DNA from: Tubiluchus corallicola | Taxonomy: Eukaryota; Animalia; Priapulida | Length of the DNA: 64,000 nt | Direction: 5' to 3' | NCBI GenBank assembly: GCA_030141605.1 | Contig: JAQGDQ010000065.1 | Location: 124,001 to 188,000 of the forward strand | Part shown: positions 12,143 to 23,909 of the stretch, piece by piece | Position numbering within the stretch: the stretch's first letter is position 1 | Layout of the letters: each line of letters starts with the position of its first letter | Translations under genes and position numbers: made by a program | Notes under the pieces: model-generated | What the model saw: only the letters and a program-made list of their open reading frames with translations | The model's database searches: none | What the model was told of the DNA's origin: nothing

Positions 12143-13749
12143 TTTTTGTGAAGGAACATACAGCAAGCAGCAAAACCATGAATTTTCACAAATATTTTTT
12201 TCTGTGTTAAGACGCCTTCTGTTTTTGTGTTGTATGATCTCAAGCTGCGTACATATCGTTGAACAAGCTTAAGTTAAGTAATAGAAGTTGTGTTATATGT
12301 TTTGCAAACAAGACATTTTTGTGAAATGCAGTCATGTTGTTTGGTAACAGCTCTTTTGCTCAACAAAGGTTTTGTTGAACTTAATGGCAGCTTTGATTAT
12401 TTGCTCAATGCATGGGTTTTGTTGTGTTTAGTGTGCGTTACTTATTAGGCCTAATTAGTTGACATCATTTTATTTATTTAAAATTGTGACTTTTCATTCT
12501 GGTATTTGTTTTAGAAACTATTTTAAATATAATAAAATCACATTGTGTTTACCTAGCACATGTTCAGTATATTTAATTTATGAAAGCCGAATTAATTGCC
12601 AAGCTTCCTTGTGGATATGTAATTATCTCTCATTACTTTAGTGCATTTGTGTGCTCAGCACAAGAAATTAAATTACTAACATAATGGACTGCCTTCATTC
12701 AGCTGTTTTTTTGACAGGTTTCAGTACAATGCTATTTGGATAATTATAGTATTATGTAAGCCACACCAAAACTGTGTTGTGGCCTAGATTTTCAGTAAAA
12801 AGTAGTACCTGAGATATGTTTCTACATGCTGCTGATTATGATCTAATAGACTGAGGTTTCTATAGTAAACGATGTCTTTGTCTCTAAGCTCGCCAACTAT
12901 GCTCATTGTATGTATATGCAGTGCACCACTCCTTAACTGCTTTTTTGCTCTGTAAAGTGATTTTTCCTTTAAAAGTAATATTCTGTACCAACTGAATGGG
13001 AACAGTATGCATGGTTTTTGTTGTTGGTACAAGGTTTTATATATAAGGGATTCGTGTTTCATGTGAGTGGTATGCGCCACCATGAGTTCGATACCCACCC
13101 TGAGAGCTATAATATTGGTAAACTTTGCTTGTTTACTTTGTAAACCTGCATGCGTATATGTCCGAATTTGGCTGAGATGCATCTGCTGGTTCAGTAGCTC
13201 ATCGCAGATATCCTTCATAGTTTGCCAGGCTCCAATTATTCCAGAAACATTTTGTGTATGCTGAGTAGTCCCTGCTTTGAATGTGGAAATCTGGTTTGCA
13301 GTGTGCTGAGCTGTATACAAAATCTTTATAAATTTTTGGGTCTATATCTTTGTGTTACAAATAATTTAATCTAAAGGTTTAGTAAAAACCGTACGTAACA
13401 ACTGTCCACAGCAGTGTCATAATTATTGTTAAAATAAGTAAACCGATAAAGGGTTTACTATAGTTATATAAGTTTTATAGCTCTGATTAATTCTGATCAT
13501 ATACACATGGCGGGGAATTTAGTTCATACTTGCGCCTTTGCTGTTATGTTGTCAGCCTTTTGCAGTTATTCTAGTTTGCGGAGTTGTTGGAATTCTTACG
13601 GTGTTGTATTTAAGCCTCCGGTGGAACATGAAAGATTTTACTGTAGTGTGTGAACATTATATTTGTGCTGCTTTTTCTGTTGCTCTAAACATCTATTGTA
13701 GACATAGAGCCGCTATCCTTTATTAGAGCACTCCACTGTTTACGTGTCT

Positions 13750-15850
13750 GCAGCTAAAATTTTCAATTCCTATGATGCTCTTGTTAAGTTTGGTTCCAGC
13801 TGCTGTAAATTTTTATACATTTTTGATATAGATTTGTTTTTAATTTGCCAGTATGTCGTTTAGTAGGTTTCAGTGCCTCGTTTAATGCTAATCTTACTGG
13901 TTCTGGCAATCTCATTAAACGTCTTACCCATCTTACTCTTGTGATTGTGATTTTGGTGCTCCAGTGCTCTTCTTTGGTTATGTTATACAGCATTTGAAAT
14001 GATATGTGGCCATTTTATTTTTAAGATTTTTCTGAGTAGGCCTCTGTGAAATACGAGTAGCAGCCTTGTTTTGAGGGATAATTTCTTGTTGGTCAGAATT
14101 GATTTGTTTTGGGTAAAACCATACATTGCCCGTTGTTTCCTGTTTTTGATATCATCTTCTGTGTTAGGTAGTGATCTTATGTATTCGCAACGTTGCCAGC
14201 ATTGATCTCCATCCGTGATATGTGTGTTGTTATATTCTTCAGTTTTTGTGGCGTTAAGTTCGAGATTTCTTTTTTCTAGTTATTTTGGGCATTCTTTTTT
14301 TAACAGTATTTGTGCAGAATTTTGAAATATATATGCGTGAGTATTTATTTTTGTGCATACATGTGAGCGTGCAGTTATATATGTAAATGCATGAATACGT
14401 ATTGGTGCCACTACTCATCTAAATTACATGATTATCAGAAGGCAAAATGTTAACAGACTTGACAGCACATGATCATTCTGGTAGTAAATTCTTATCGCAT
14501 TTATTATTATTAACATTATTATTACTGTCACTACTACTACTATTATTATTAATATTATTATTGTTATTATTATTGCATGGTAACAATGCTAAGCATGCAA
14601 ATACTAACTAGTTTCATTGAGTTAATTTGCAAGGCTATATGAGAATATTTTCGTTTCATCGAATTAACTTTAGTTCTAATTTTTGTTTCTAACTATAGGT
14701 TATTGTAATGTATGGTTTCAGTTGTTTTTTTTTATTTTAGTTTATTTAATTTATTTTATTTTGCGCAACATTTCACGCAACTGTATTCCTATTAATTATA
14801 TTATGTTGCTTTATTTTGCTCATTTTGCTCACCATAAACTTCAAAATATCTGTAATTATTTAAACTTATTTGCACAAAATTAATTAACGTCTCCTCAGAC
14901 AATATTAAATTCACAACTCAGCAGCACAAATAATTGACATAACATATTCGTATTGTTGAATTAAAAAAAGCTTTGGTATCTAAAATAACATATTTATATA
15001 GGGGTGGTTGCTTGATGACCCCTGGTCCTTCACCTTCCCGTCTCTATTTTTGTCAATATAATTTACTGACTTTAATTTCATGCACTTGTGACCTACTGAG
15101 AGAGACAAATAAAAAATTTTGAATAATTTTTTGAACTGAAAAAATACTAATCCACTCAATGCTGTTGGCATATAGTTGGTGTATTAGGAATAGCTTGTAG
15201 GGATCTCGTGCAGGGTAAATGTGACCAATCATATGGCAAGGTAAATTTTCTACGGAGGTGGCACTGTTATTGTGCTCTGTAGGTAAAACATTTTCGTTTT
15301 GTAGTGCATCGGCTAGGTACAACATAAGAAGCACTGGGTTAAAGCAGTCACCTCGAGGAATGCCAGGGTTAGTTTTCAAAGTTCTTCCTATAGTACTGCC
15401 TAGTTTTTTTGTGAAGCCTGACATCCTTAAATAGGACTGTTATCATGTGTAATTCATCTGGTTGTAAAGCTTATTTTAAATCATCAAAATAGTATTCCTC
15501 TATCAACAGTATCAAAAACCTTGCTCATATAAAACAGTAACAGAGTAGTTGAATAAGAACATGAAGTCATAGCTTTTTCGGTTAAGATTTTTTCAGACGT
15601 GGTTAATTCTGTAGTGTTCTGCCTTTCTCTATAATGCAGTTTGACTAATTGGTATAGTGTTGTTCAGTCTGTCATCTATGTATGCGTCTGATAATTGCCA
15701 AAATTTTCCTCGACAGATTTAGCAGAATTATTGGCCCGAAATTCTCTGCTGGTCCCCTTTTCATCTTTGGTTTTAGAATTGGCACCAGAACTCCTTCATT
15801 AACTTCTTTTGGATAATTTCACGTTTCTGCAACATCATTGTGCTACACGG
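13750..15850 (-). mobile_element. Degenerate RTE-like non-LTR retrotransposon (RT and C-terminal region)
   Basis: GIPRGDCFNPVLLMLYL (degenerate GxxQGDxLSP) in ORF 15053-15424; RWVRRLMRLPEPVRLALNEALKP in ORF 13784-13993; many stops and an AT/(TTA)n interruption. Boundaries approximate. Confidence 0.75.
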
Positions 15851-16469
15851 GTGCATTTATGATCTGGTAAATAAATGAAGTAAAATATAACTTATTGCAA
15901 GAGAAACTGATAATGATTATCATTCACGCTTTTGCCCAGGGAGTGGCTACAAATGAAAAGTCTCGGAGAAGTGTGGTGTGGGAGTTATTTAAAATTTTAG
16001 TCATCAACATTTACCGTCAGTCGGAATCACTGAACGTTTAACGTAAACGTAAACAAATAACTAAAGACTGAAGTTTGCCAGTTGTTGAAGGTAAACTTAG
16101 TGATTGAGCTTGATTACTAAGATTGAGTAGAGCGATAGGCATGTAACCGTTTAATGTGTCAGTGTCATGTCGGATGGGAGGGGACGTACAGTTAATTAAA
16201 TACGTTACAAGTCATGGCGTGTTATTTCGGCACACTTGCAGTTTATGTGGTTCTCCGTACACCCTACTGCCTTCCTATATCAGTCCCACTGCCGACACTA
16301 CATCCCACTCCAAACCTCCCCTCCCTCTCTTGCCCCATCGCCAAACCGCCAGGCTGTCCAACCCAACCTGCCATGCCGCAAGTTCGCCAAAACTAATTGG
16401 TTGACGAACTTATTAGGTTAGATAGCTAACTAACTAACTAATTAACAATCTTCGTACAGTCACCTTTTT

Positions 16470-17195
16470 GGCGCTATTACACTTTTGCACCGCCTAGCTT
16501 TTCCTGGCCTATTGGTTGTTTTCACGCCTGCAGGCCAGAAAGCAGACCAACAGGCGTAATATACACCATATTCCCATAATATTATTGCTTCTTGCGCTTT
16601 ATAAGTCCAGATTAAAATCATGCATTACTTACCTACAGCCGCCATTAAAAGCTACACGTGAATAACCGTGTTTACATCACTGATGGTCAATCGCTCTCGC
16701 GCAGTGACGTATGTGGCCCTTAACCTGTATTTTTAGTTTCTTCGCATAATTTATGATTATTAGGGTTGCAGCTACGGGAGTTTGTATCGTATCGCGGGAA
16801 ATTATTTTAGACGACTACAGTTATTTATCATTAATTTTATTTATTACTGTAGTATTATTACTATTAGATTATAAAAAAAGTAAAGGTTTTTTCTTTATTT
16901 CGGTAAATGCGGTGAAGATGAAAGTGTGTCACGTGCCTTTTAAGCTAGGCCCTGATAATGCATAAACTAGTACGAAATTTGTCACGTGACTACACACACA
17001 AACAAGATGGCGATACGCCCTGTATAGGCGTAGAACTGTGAATACAGCGTAATTATTGGTAATTATACCTAAATATATTATTAGATTAGCGGAAACATTC
17101 ACTGATGACGTAAGAATAATAGAATGATGACTTACGAGCCTAAAAACGAGTAATAACCTATAAAAAGCTAGGCGGTGCGAAAGTGTAATAGCGCC
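16470..17195. mobile_element. Non-autonomous TIR element with 9-bp TSD (Mutator/MULE- or Merlin-like MITE)
   Basis: 33-bp TIR GGCGCTATTACACTTT(T/C)GCACCGCCTAGCTTTT with one mismatch; direct repeat CACCTTTTT at 16461-16469 and 17196-17204. Confidence 0.9.
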
Positions 17196-17339
17196 CACCT
17201 TTTTTGTATGGTATGAAGCCTCAAATTATCATACATCCTAATGTTAATTGTTTTGTTGTATAAACCAGAACCCTGCTTTGCTGGTTGCACCACATTTCGA
17301 AAGAGAAACAAAATTTTACAAAACAACGCAGGTAGGGTA

Positions 17340-17568
17340 CACCAGTTACTGGCGCACACACACACACACGCTGCAAAATGGCGCATGTATGATGTAGAGA
17401 AAATTTGCCCGAAGCTCTTTTTAACTTTTCAATAAGTTTGCACTTTGTTTTTTTTTTGCGAAAGCTGTCGCGCAGTAGTAGATAAAAAATGTCACTCTCT
17501 CTGGTAACTCCCAAATGAAAATATTTCATGAAAGCGGTTTGACTTAGTCCGTTCTCACAACGCTAACA
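17340..17568 (+). promoter_or_regulatory. Probable adducin promoter and non-coding first exon
   Basis: CpG-retaining stretch with YY1-like CAAAATGGCG (~17374) and a strong donor ACA|GTAAGT at 17568/17569; candidate partner acceptor TTCTTTCCAG at 21740. The pairing is inferred. Confidence 0.5.
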
Positions 17569-18217
17569 GTAAGTTTTTTGAAATTATTTTTTTATAAATA
17601 GGATGTATGTTTCAACTTTTCTTTACACCAGTGTGTAGATAAAAGATGCATCTTTCTATTGTAGTCCTGCTTTCAGCGATATTTCTGATTTGGGTGATGT
17701 GAGAGTGCCTTAAAAAACAACAATGTAAACTGCAATCTATCCATTAATTCTATGATTTCCTGCAAAGTTATCGCTATCATAAGGTAGACCCCCTGGTTAG
17801 TGCATTGATTGTTGGTGACCGTAACTCAGCATTTTGAGAATGGATCGCCCAGCTACTGGACTAATTTAACACATCGACGAACCTCGGATTTAACTCTGTC
17901 GCCTGCTTGCACCCATCTGCTTTAGTCCACAATCCAGAGATGGGGTGCAAACGACCTTGTGCGATTTGCCTTTGCCCCACTTCACTTATATTGCTTTGAC
18001 TGACATGTTGTATATTGACACCACTGCACAGAACAGTAGGTTATGCCATTAGAAAACTTTTGTTGCCATGGAGCTAACATGTAGTACATAATAGACACAT
18101 AAACACTGGGAAGCTCCCTTTCATGGATCGACAACTTTGAATGAAAATATGTGCTGTCGTTTTGTACAGCTTCCCTGGATGCAACACTTGATTAATTTAT
18201 ATGCATGTCCACTAGTC

Positions 18218-19890
18218 TAGGGATGCACCGAATGTTCGGATCGTTGAATGCTTTCTCTGAATATCAGTATAAAAATCCTATCCGGTAAACTTCGGTTGTA
18301 ATCACTAAAGGTTCGGTGTACTGAAATTACTTTTTTAATAGTTGTCACATTCGGTGAAAATTATATTTATAACAAATCGCATATTTCCGTATAATGCTTA
18401 GAAAAATTTATCCGAAAAAAAGCTGATAATAAGCAGTGAACATCGCAAAACACCCAACATTTCGCTTTCTGTTTTTGTATGATAACTCGAAGAATGCAAT
18501 GCACCGTCAGTACACAAGTCGTGTCAATGCGTAATAACATGGTGGTGCTGTATTCGCATATATGCAGTGTATTGGCTTATACGCAGCGAAATGAATGAGA
18601 ACTCAAGTTAGTAAACAAGCTTTTGCAGTTACGTTTTGAGCAGCTTTGAAAGAATTAAGACTATTTTTAAAATACCCAATACTTTATTGCATAATGTTAG
18701 TCATTAAACACAAAGACAGATTTATAGTAATCAGAACAATTTTACATAATTCGTCACTATCCTAAAACGATAAAACATTGCAGAGCTTTTAATTCCTTTC
18801 AATTGAAATTACAAGAAAGAACTAATGAATGGCATACTTGGAGTGTGAAATGACTCTACCAATACTTAATGCCTTACACTTCTCCAAGTTGAGATCCATT
18901 TGCCACTTATAATACCAGTGGCATTGTTATCAAATTGACAGTTAAAATGTGCTGTTGAGTTAGATGCTTTAATTTATATTTTGGTATCATCTGCAAATAA
19001 TTTATTTGCACAGGCAATGCTATTAATAGGGAACGGAACAAAGTGTCTCTACTCTGGAACTTCGGATTTTGAATCCGAGCTTTGATATGGATCCGACGGC
19101 CAGTTTTACTTTAACTGCTTTGCATCCATTTCTAATTCTGTAAAAAGTGTGAAGCAGTCTTCATAATTCATGTTTAATTAAATTAAGCAACAAATCTGTG
19201 TCATCGAGTGCTGCAAAAATTTTTGTAATTTCCCTTTTTACCAGTTCGATCTCTAACAAAAATTAAATTTTGTAGCGTGCACTTTGTCATATGATCTTGA
19301 ATTTCTGTAAAAGTTATGCACTACATAAATTATTCGTTAATTTTTCACCACTGATATAACATACTCACATAAGATTTCGGTTATTTTGCTTCAAAGCACA
19401 GACAAAATTTTAGCGCATGTTGTGTTTAATTTCTTATTTGCTTTCTAAGGCTTAATTTAGTTTAAAATAAGAAAGTGCAATTGTAAATTGTCAAAATTTC
19501 TCTGAATTCTTTATACATAGTACTGTGCACATTTTGCATAGTAGCAGCAATATTTTCTAAATGGCAATAAATAAAGATCAAAGCAAGCTGATGATGAACT
19601 AAGGCAAAAACTAAATCTGAATTAAGAAACTGATACTGTGTTTAGCAAGACCATTATAACTCAACAAAACTTATAACATCCATTGCAACTCGCACTGCTT
19701 CAAAACACAGCAACTAAGATGAAAAACCGAACTAACATTAAGTAACAAGATATGGATTTAATCTAGTATTGAAAATTAAGTGAATTAAATATTCTGATTT
19801 GGTTTGGCTTCTGAAATTGCAGAAATGTGTAATTCAGGCTTCAGATTAGATTTGGTTTTGGAAATGAAGTAAAAATGTCCTACTCCTAAT
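18218..19890. mobile_element. Degenerate hAT-like element containing a CR1-type RT fragment (minus strand, ~18830-19330)
   Basis: Starts TAGGGATGCACCGAATGTTCGG with TTCGG subterminal repeats; the internal minus strand reads LFADDTKI near 18980-19000. Right end is decayed and I found no TSD. Confidence 0.5.
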
Positions 19891-20129
19891 TATTAGACAA
19901 ATTCATTGATTTAAAGTGTAAATAATAATGGTCTGATGACACTGCTTGTGGAATAAATGATGTGATAGAACTCCTTGTAGATTTGTTTCCGTTTGCAACT
20001 ATACATTGTAGGTACATCGTAGAAATGAAGACCTCGACATGTGAAACCTCACTCCAAATGGTGAAATTTTACAAAGCTAGTACAAGTTGCCAGCTTACCA
20101 TGCGCAATTAAAAGGAATTTTTACCTGTT

Positions 20130-20308
20130 GCGACCGAATTTATTTAAACAAACGAATCGAAATGGAATTTTGCAAAATTTCGACCAAATTTCTTAGGAAA
20201 AAATCACCGAAACAAAACTTTACCAAATTTTTTTCTACCAACGAAACGAACCGCAAATTCGTTTCGATCCAGCAACCGAAATCTGGCTGTTTCCGAATTT
20301 CAGCCCTG
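20130..20308. mobile_element. hAT-like element end fragment
   Basis: Dense CGAA/ACCGA subterminal repeats ending in TTTCAGCCCTG (reverse complement of a CAGGGCTG terminus). Confidence 0.45.
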
Positions 20309-21059
20309 GTGTAACTTTTGTGGCTGGCAATTATTGTACGAGGCCTTTACAATATTTGCCAATTATTAATTTATTTTAAGGAACTGCTGGGTGTCATCCA
20401 TAAATGCCAGGCCGCATGATTACTTTATGTTATATCGACACTTTTATGTGAGAGAAAAAGAGCTCTACATAAACATGCTGTTATGGTGTGGGCATTGCGC
20501 ATACACATGTTTGTTGGTAATTGCTAGGTTAAACATTTAATAGCTTATGTTTCTATTTACAAACTGTAATGTATTCTAAATTTAATGTAGTTGGGCTATT
20601 GTATGTAAAGCAATTTTTGACTGCCACCCATACCCCATATAGGTGTTGAGCTTCTGGTATTTTTGTTATGTATGCTTTTTGTAGAAAAGTTTGCAAAATT
20701 GTTCAACCAAAATTGTTCAGTAAGTTATCCAGAACTTGAAATTCGTGATCTCAAATGGGCGAAATAGATCATTTAATGTGCTGTGCTGCACAAGTGGTAA
20801 TACAGTTCTAACAAACCACAAGTCAATCTGTGTTTCTTAAATAACATTTGAACAAATAACATTGCAGTTGTGGAAATTTACTGTGTGTTGTTAAATATTC
20901 CTTGAGTCTTGATGTCATTGCATTGAAGTGAAAGGCAGTTTTGGAGACTTTAGAACAGAAGCTTCAACCTGCCATTTATATCAAACTTTATATAGATTTG
21001 TTTAATTCTTCTAAGGTACAGTGTAAATATATGTATTGAAATCAGTGTAAACAAATGAG

Positions 21060-21570
21060 CAGAGATTGGGTAGTTCTACTAAAAAAGTTTTTTAAGAGTA
21101 AAATGAACTTAGTTCAAATTCAAGTTCCTCCCAGCCAGAATGAACTTTTCTCAAGCTCAAATTCACAGTCGGGTTGTGGCAAAGTTCAAGTTCCAATTTG
21201 GTAGTAACTGCTTAAATAGCCCCACTGATCAATTACCTATGCAGGTCTACACATGTGGCTATTTAACTGGAATTTGCCTTGCAAATTTTTCTTGTATTTG
21301 GATGCATTTGCTTTAATTTTATCAAGAATTTGGCTTTCATATGACTCCATTATCGACAACTCTTGCATTGATACCTGAAGATCTTGCATATTGAGCACTG
21401 GTGTATATTAACACCACAATGTCCAGTGATTCAAGTAATGGAAATTGTTTTTTCATTTTTTCTGAGTTTCTAGTTTAGTAGGTTGAACTTGACGCCCAAG
21501 TTCAAATTTCCCTTTCAATGAACTTGTCACGCTCAAGTTCAAAATTACTTTTCTGAATTCCTGAGTTCAC
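21060..21570. repeat. Decayed DNA-transposon-like repeat with TGAAC/GTTCA subrepeats
   Basis: Clusters of TGAACTT..GTTCAA at ~21100-21195 and ~21480-21570. Confidence 0.4.
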
Positions 21571-21785
21571 AAAAAGGCAATAAATTCCCGGAATTCCTTC
21601 AGAAGATGAGTGCCCAGAACTCCTTCACAAAATGGGCTTGTGGAGTGCTCCTTTACCTGTGAACCGTAAATGAGTACTGTTGTGTTAACATTCTTTCTAA
21701 AGTAATGATTCTAAACTGTATATGTCTATTTTCTTTCCAGGTTAGCTTTTGTGTGCCCCTTTGCAGATCGAAGGAACTAGAAATT

Positions 21786-23909
21786 ATGGAGCCTCAGACA
21801 AATGGTCCACCAAATGGAGACCGATTCATTGACAATTTTGATCCTGACGATCCTGAATACATTAGAGAACATCAGAGGCCAGCGGTAGTAAAAGAGGATA
21901 TGCGAGGAATCGAACGTCAAAAGAGGGTTAACTTGATAATGAACAGTCAAGCATTCCGGGAGGAGCTTGAAGACATTGTTGCAAGTCAGATCAAATCCGG
22001 GCCTCATCCTGCCAGCTTGATAGCTCTTCAGCAAATCTCGGAACTTGTCTTGCCTAAAGCCAGATTCAACCAAAGCGTTGGGGGACCAATGAGCAAAGCA
22101 GGCTTAGCTCCCATTCTGCCAATTGCTGATGTCCGTGGTGCAGATGCGTCTGGTTATGCAAAGGGAGAGAAATTGCTTCGCTGCAAGGTGGCATCCCTAT
22201 TTCGCTTAGTAGATCTTCAAGGATGGACGCATGGAATCTACAATCACATCTCAGCAAGAGTGAGCCAGGATGAGGAGCATTTCCTAATTAATCCATTTGG
22301 TCTTCTATTTAATGAAATCACGGCTTCTACATTGGTGAAATGCAACATGCAAGGAGATGTGGTTGATCCAGGAAGCACTGTTCTTGGTGTGAATCGCGCT
22401 GGGTTTTTGCTGCATTCAGCCATACATGCTGCAAGGCCCACAGTCAGGTGTATCATACATCTTCATACACAACCCGCTGCTGCAGTGTCATCAATGAAGT
22501 GTGGTTTACTGCCACTGAGCCAAGAAGCCATGATATGTGGAGAAGTTTCATATCATGAGTATCAAGGAATACTTGTAGATGACGATGAACGAGAAGCAAT
22601 CAGAAATGACCTTGGTCCTTCAAATAAAATCATGTTCTTGCGTAATCATGGATTTGTAGCCTGTGGAGAGACCGTTGAAGAGGCATGGCACTATGCATGG
22701 AATTGCATGGTGGCTTGTGAGACGCAGGTACGAGCTTTGCGAGCTGGTCTTGATAATCTAATTACACCATCTGCAGATATTGTTCGCAAAGTCCATGAGG
22801 TTGGGAGCCAAGGTGGCGGTGGTGTTAATGGCATAAAAGAAGATGCAGCGATTAGATGGGGCACTGGGCAGTTGGAGTTTGAAGCACTAATGCGATGGAT
22901 GGATAACTGTGGCTACCGCACTGGCTACATTTATAGACAGCCAGTAGTTAGAGTTGATAGCATTCGTAAGGGCTTTGAAGAAGTAGAGCATCCACCAGCA
23001 GCAAGTGGGCTTACTTATGTCTTTGATGAAGAGGATGCTGCCAAGCAGCAAGCATCACTGCAGAATGCTCTGGAAGCTAGGAAGCAAGCAGAGAGAGCTA
23101 AATGGCTCAATACCCCTAACATGTATGAGAAAATTGAAATTGAAGAAACTGGAACACCCAATCCTAAGAAGATTGCTAAGTGGAAAGAAGCTGGTGGAGT
23201 AACATCTCCAGTAAAATCTACACCTATTAAAGTTGATGCTAATCAGTTTATACCTACAAATACTGACAAGAAGGAATTCAAGAACTTGCAGTCATCTATG
23301 AAGAGTGAAAGACTGAAAGGGAAAATCACGTCAGGGCCACAGTCCAAGATTTTAGAGGGTTTGACTTGGGAGGAGGCACAGAAGTTACAGAATGACGCTG
23401 TAGACAGTGCTCTGAGTGGATCTCAAGATCACGTAGTTGCTTTTGGAGCTGCTTCAAAGGGTATCATTAGTCGAGATCAACAACACAATGTCCAGGTGTA
23501 CAGAACCTACTATGCTGCTAATCCATTTGACAATGTCACAGATGAAGATTTGGAAAAATACAAGCAAGATATTGAGAGAAAAGAAAGAGGCGAACCATCT
23601 CCTCCACCTCCATGCGAACCACTGCCCCTCAAAATTGAAGAGCAGGTACCACAGAAACATGCGGAAGAACATGGGCAAGGAGATGCAGATGTACCTCAGA
23701 GTCCAGTTTCTGATGAACCCGATGGTGGAGACGAGGATAAAACTGCAACAATGCGGTCAACAGATAGTGCTGACATAGAAGGCTCGCCACAAAAAGATGT
23801 CACTGCACCAGCAAGCAAAGAAAAAAAGAAAAAGAAGGGGTTCCGCACACCGTCGTTCCTTAAAGGGAAGAAGAAAGATAAGCACAAGAAAGATGAAAGC
23901 CACGAATAA
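21786..23909 (+). CDS. Adducin (hu-li tai shao / ADD family), 707 aa, single coding exon
   Basis: Class II aldolase-like head (YNHISAR, FLINPFGLLFNEITAS, LHSAIH, IIHLHT, LRNHG), neck (FEALMRWMDNCGYRTGY), WLNTPN, ASKGII, and MARCKS-like tail KKKKKGFRTPSFLK. The ORF from 21705 crosses a splice acceptor at 21740; the first ATG after it is 21786. Confidence 0.96.
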   Translation: MEPQTNGPPNGDRFIDNFDPDDPEYIREHQRPAVVKEDMRGIERQKRVNLIMNSQAFREELEDIVASQIKSGPHPASLIALQQISELVLPKARFNQSVGGPMSKAGLAPILPIADVRGADASGYAKGEKLLRCKVASLFRLVDLQGWTHGIYNHISARVSQDEEHFLINPFGLLFNEITASTLVKCNMQGDVVDPGSTVLGVNRAGFLLHSAIHAARPTVRCIIHLHTQPAAAVSSMKCGLLPLSQEAMICGEVSYHEYQGILVDDDEREAIRNDLGPSNKIMFLRNHGFVACGETVEEAWHYAWNCMVACETQVRALRAGLDNLITPSADIVRKVHEVGSQGGGGVNGIKEDAAIRWGTGQLEFEALMRWMDNCGYRTGYIYRQPVVRVDSIRKGFEEVEHPPAASGLTYVFDEEDAAKQQASLQNALEARKQAERAKWLNTPNMYEKIEIEETGTPNPKKIAKWKEAGGVTSPVKSTPIKVDANQFIPTNTDKKEFKNLQSSMKSERLKGKITSGPQSKILEGLTWEEAQKLQNDAVDSALSGSQDHVVAFGAASKGIISRDQQHNVQVYRTYYAANPFDNVTDEDLEKYKQDIERKERGEPSPPPPCEPLPLKIEEQVPQKHAEEHGQGDADVPQSPVSDEPDGGDEDKTATMRSTDSADIEGSPQKDVTAPASKEKKKKKGFRTPSFLKGKKKDKHKKDESHE

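Noticed and set aside
12784-13320. 178-aa minus-strand ORF and a B-box-like GTTCGATACC near 13086
   Set aside because: Non-ATG start and no recognisable domain; probably antisense to the NT5DC3-like 3' region. No tRNA cloverleaf around the B box.
21705-21785. N-terminal 27 aa of the 734-aa adducin ORF
   Set aside because: Spans a polypyrimidine tract and acceptor (TTCTTTCCAG at 21740), so it is intron plus 5' UTR.
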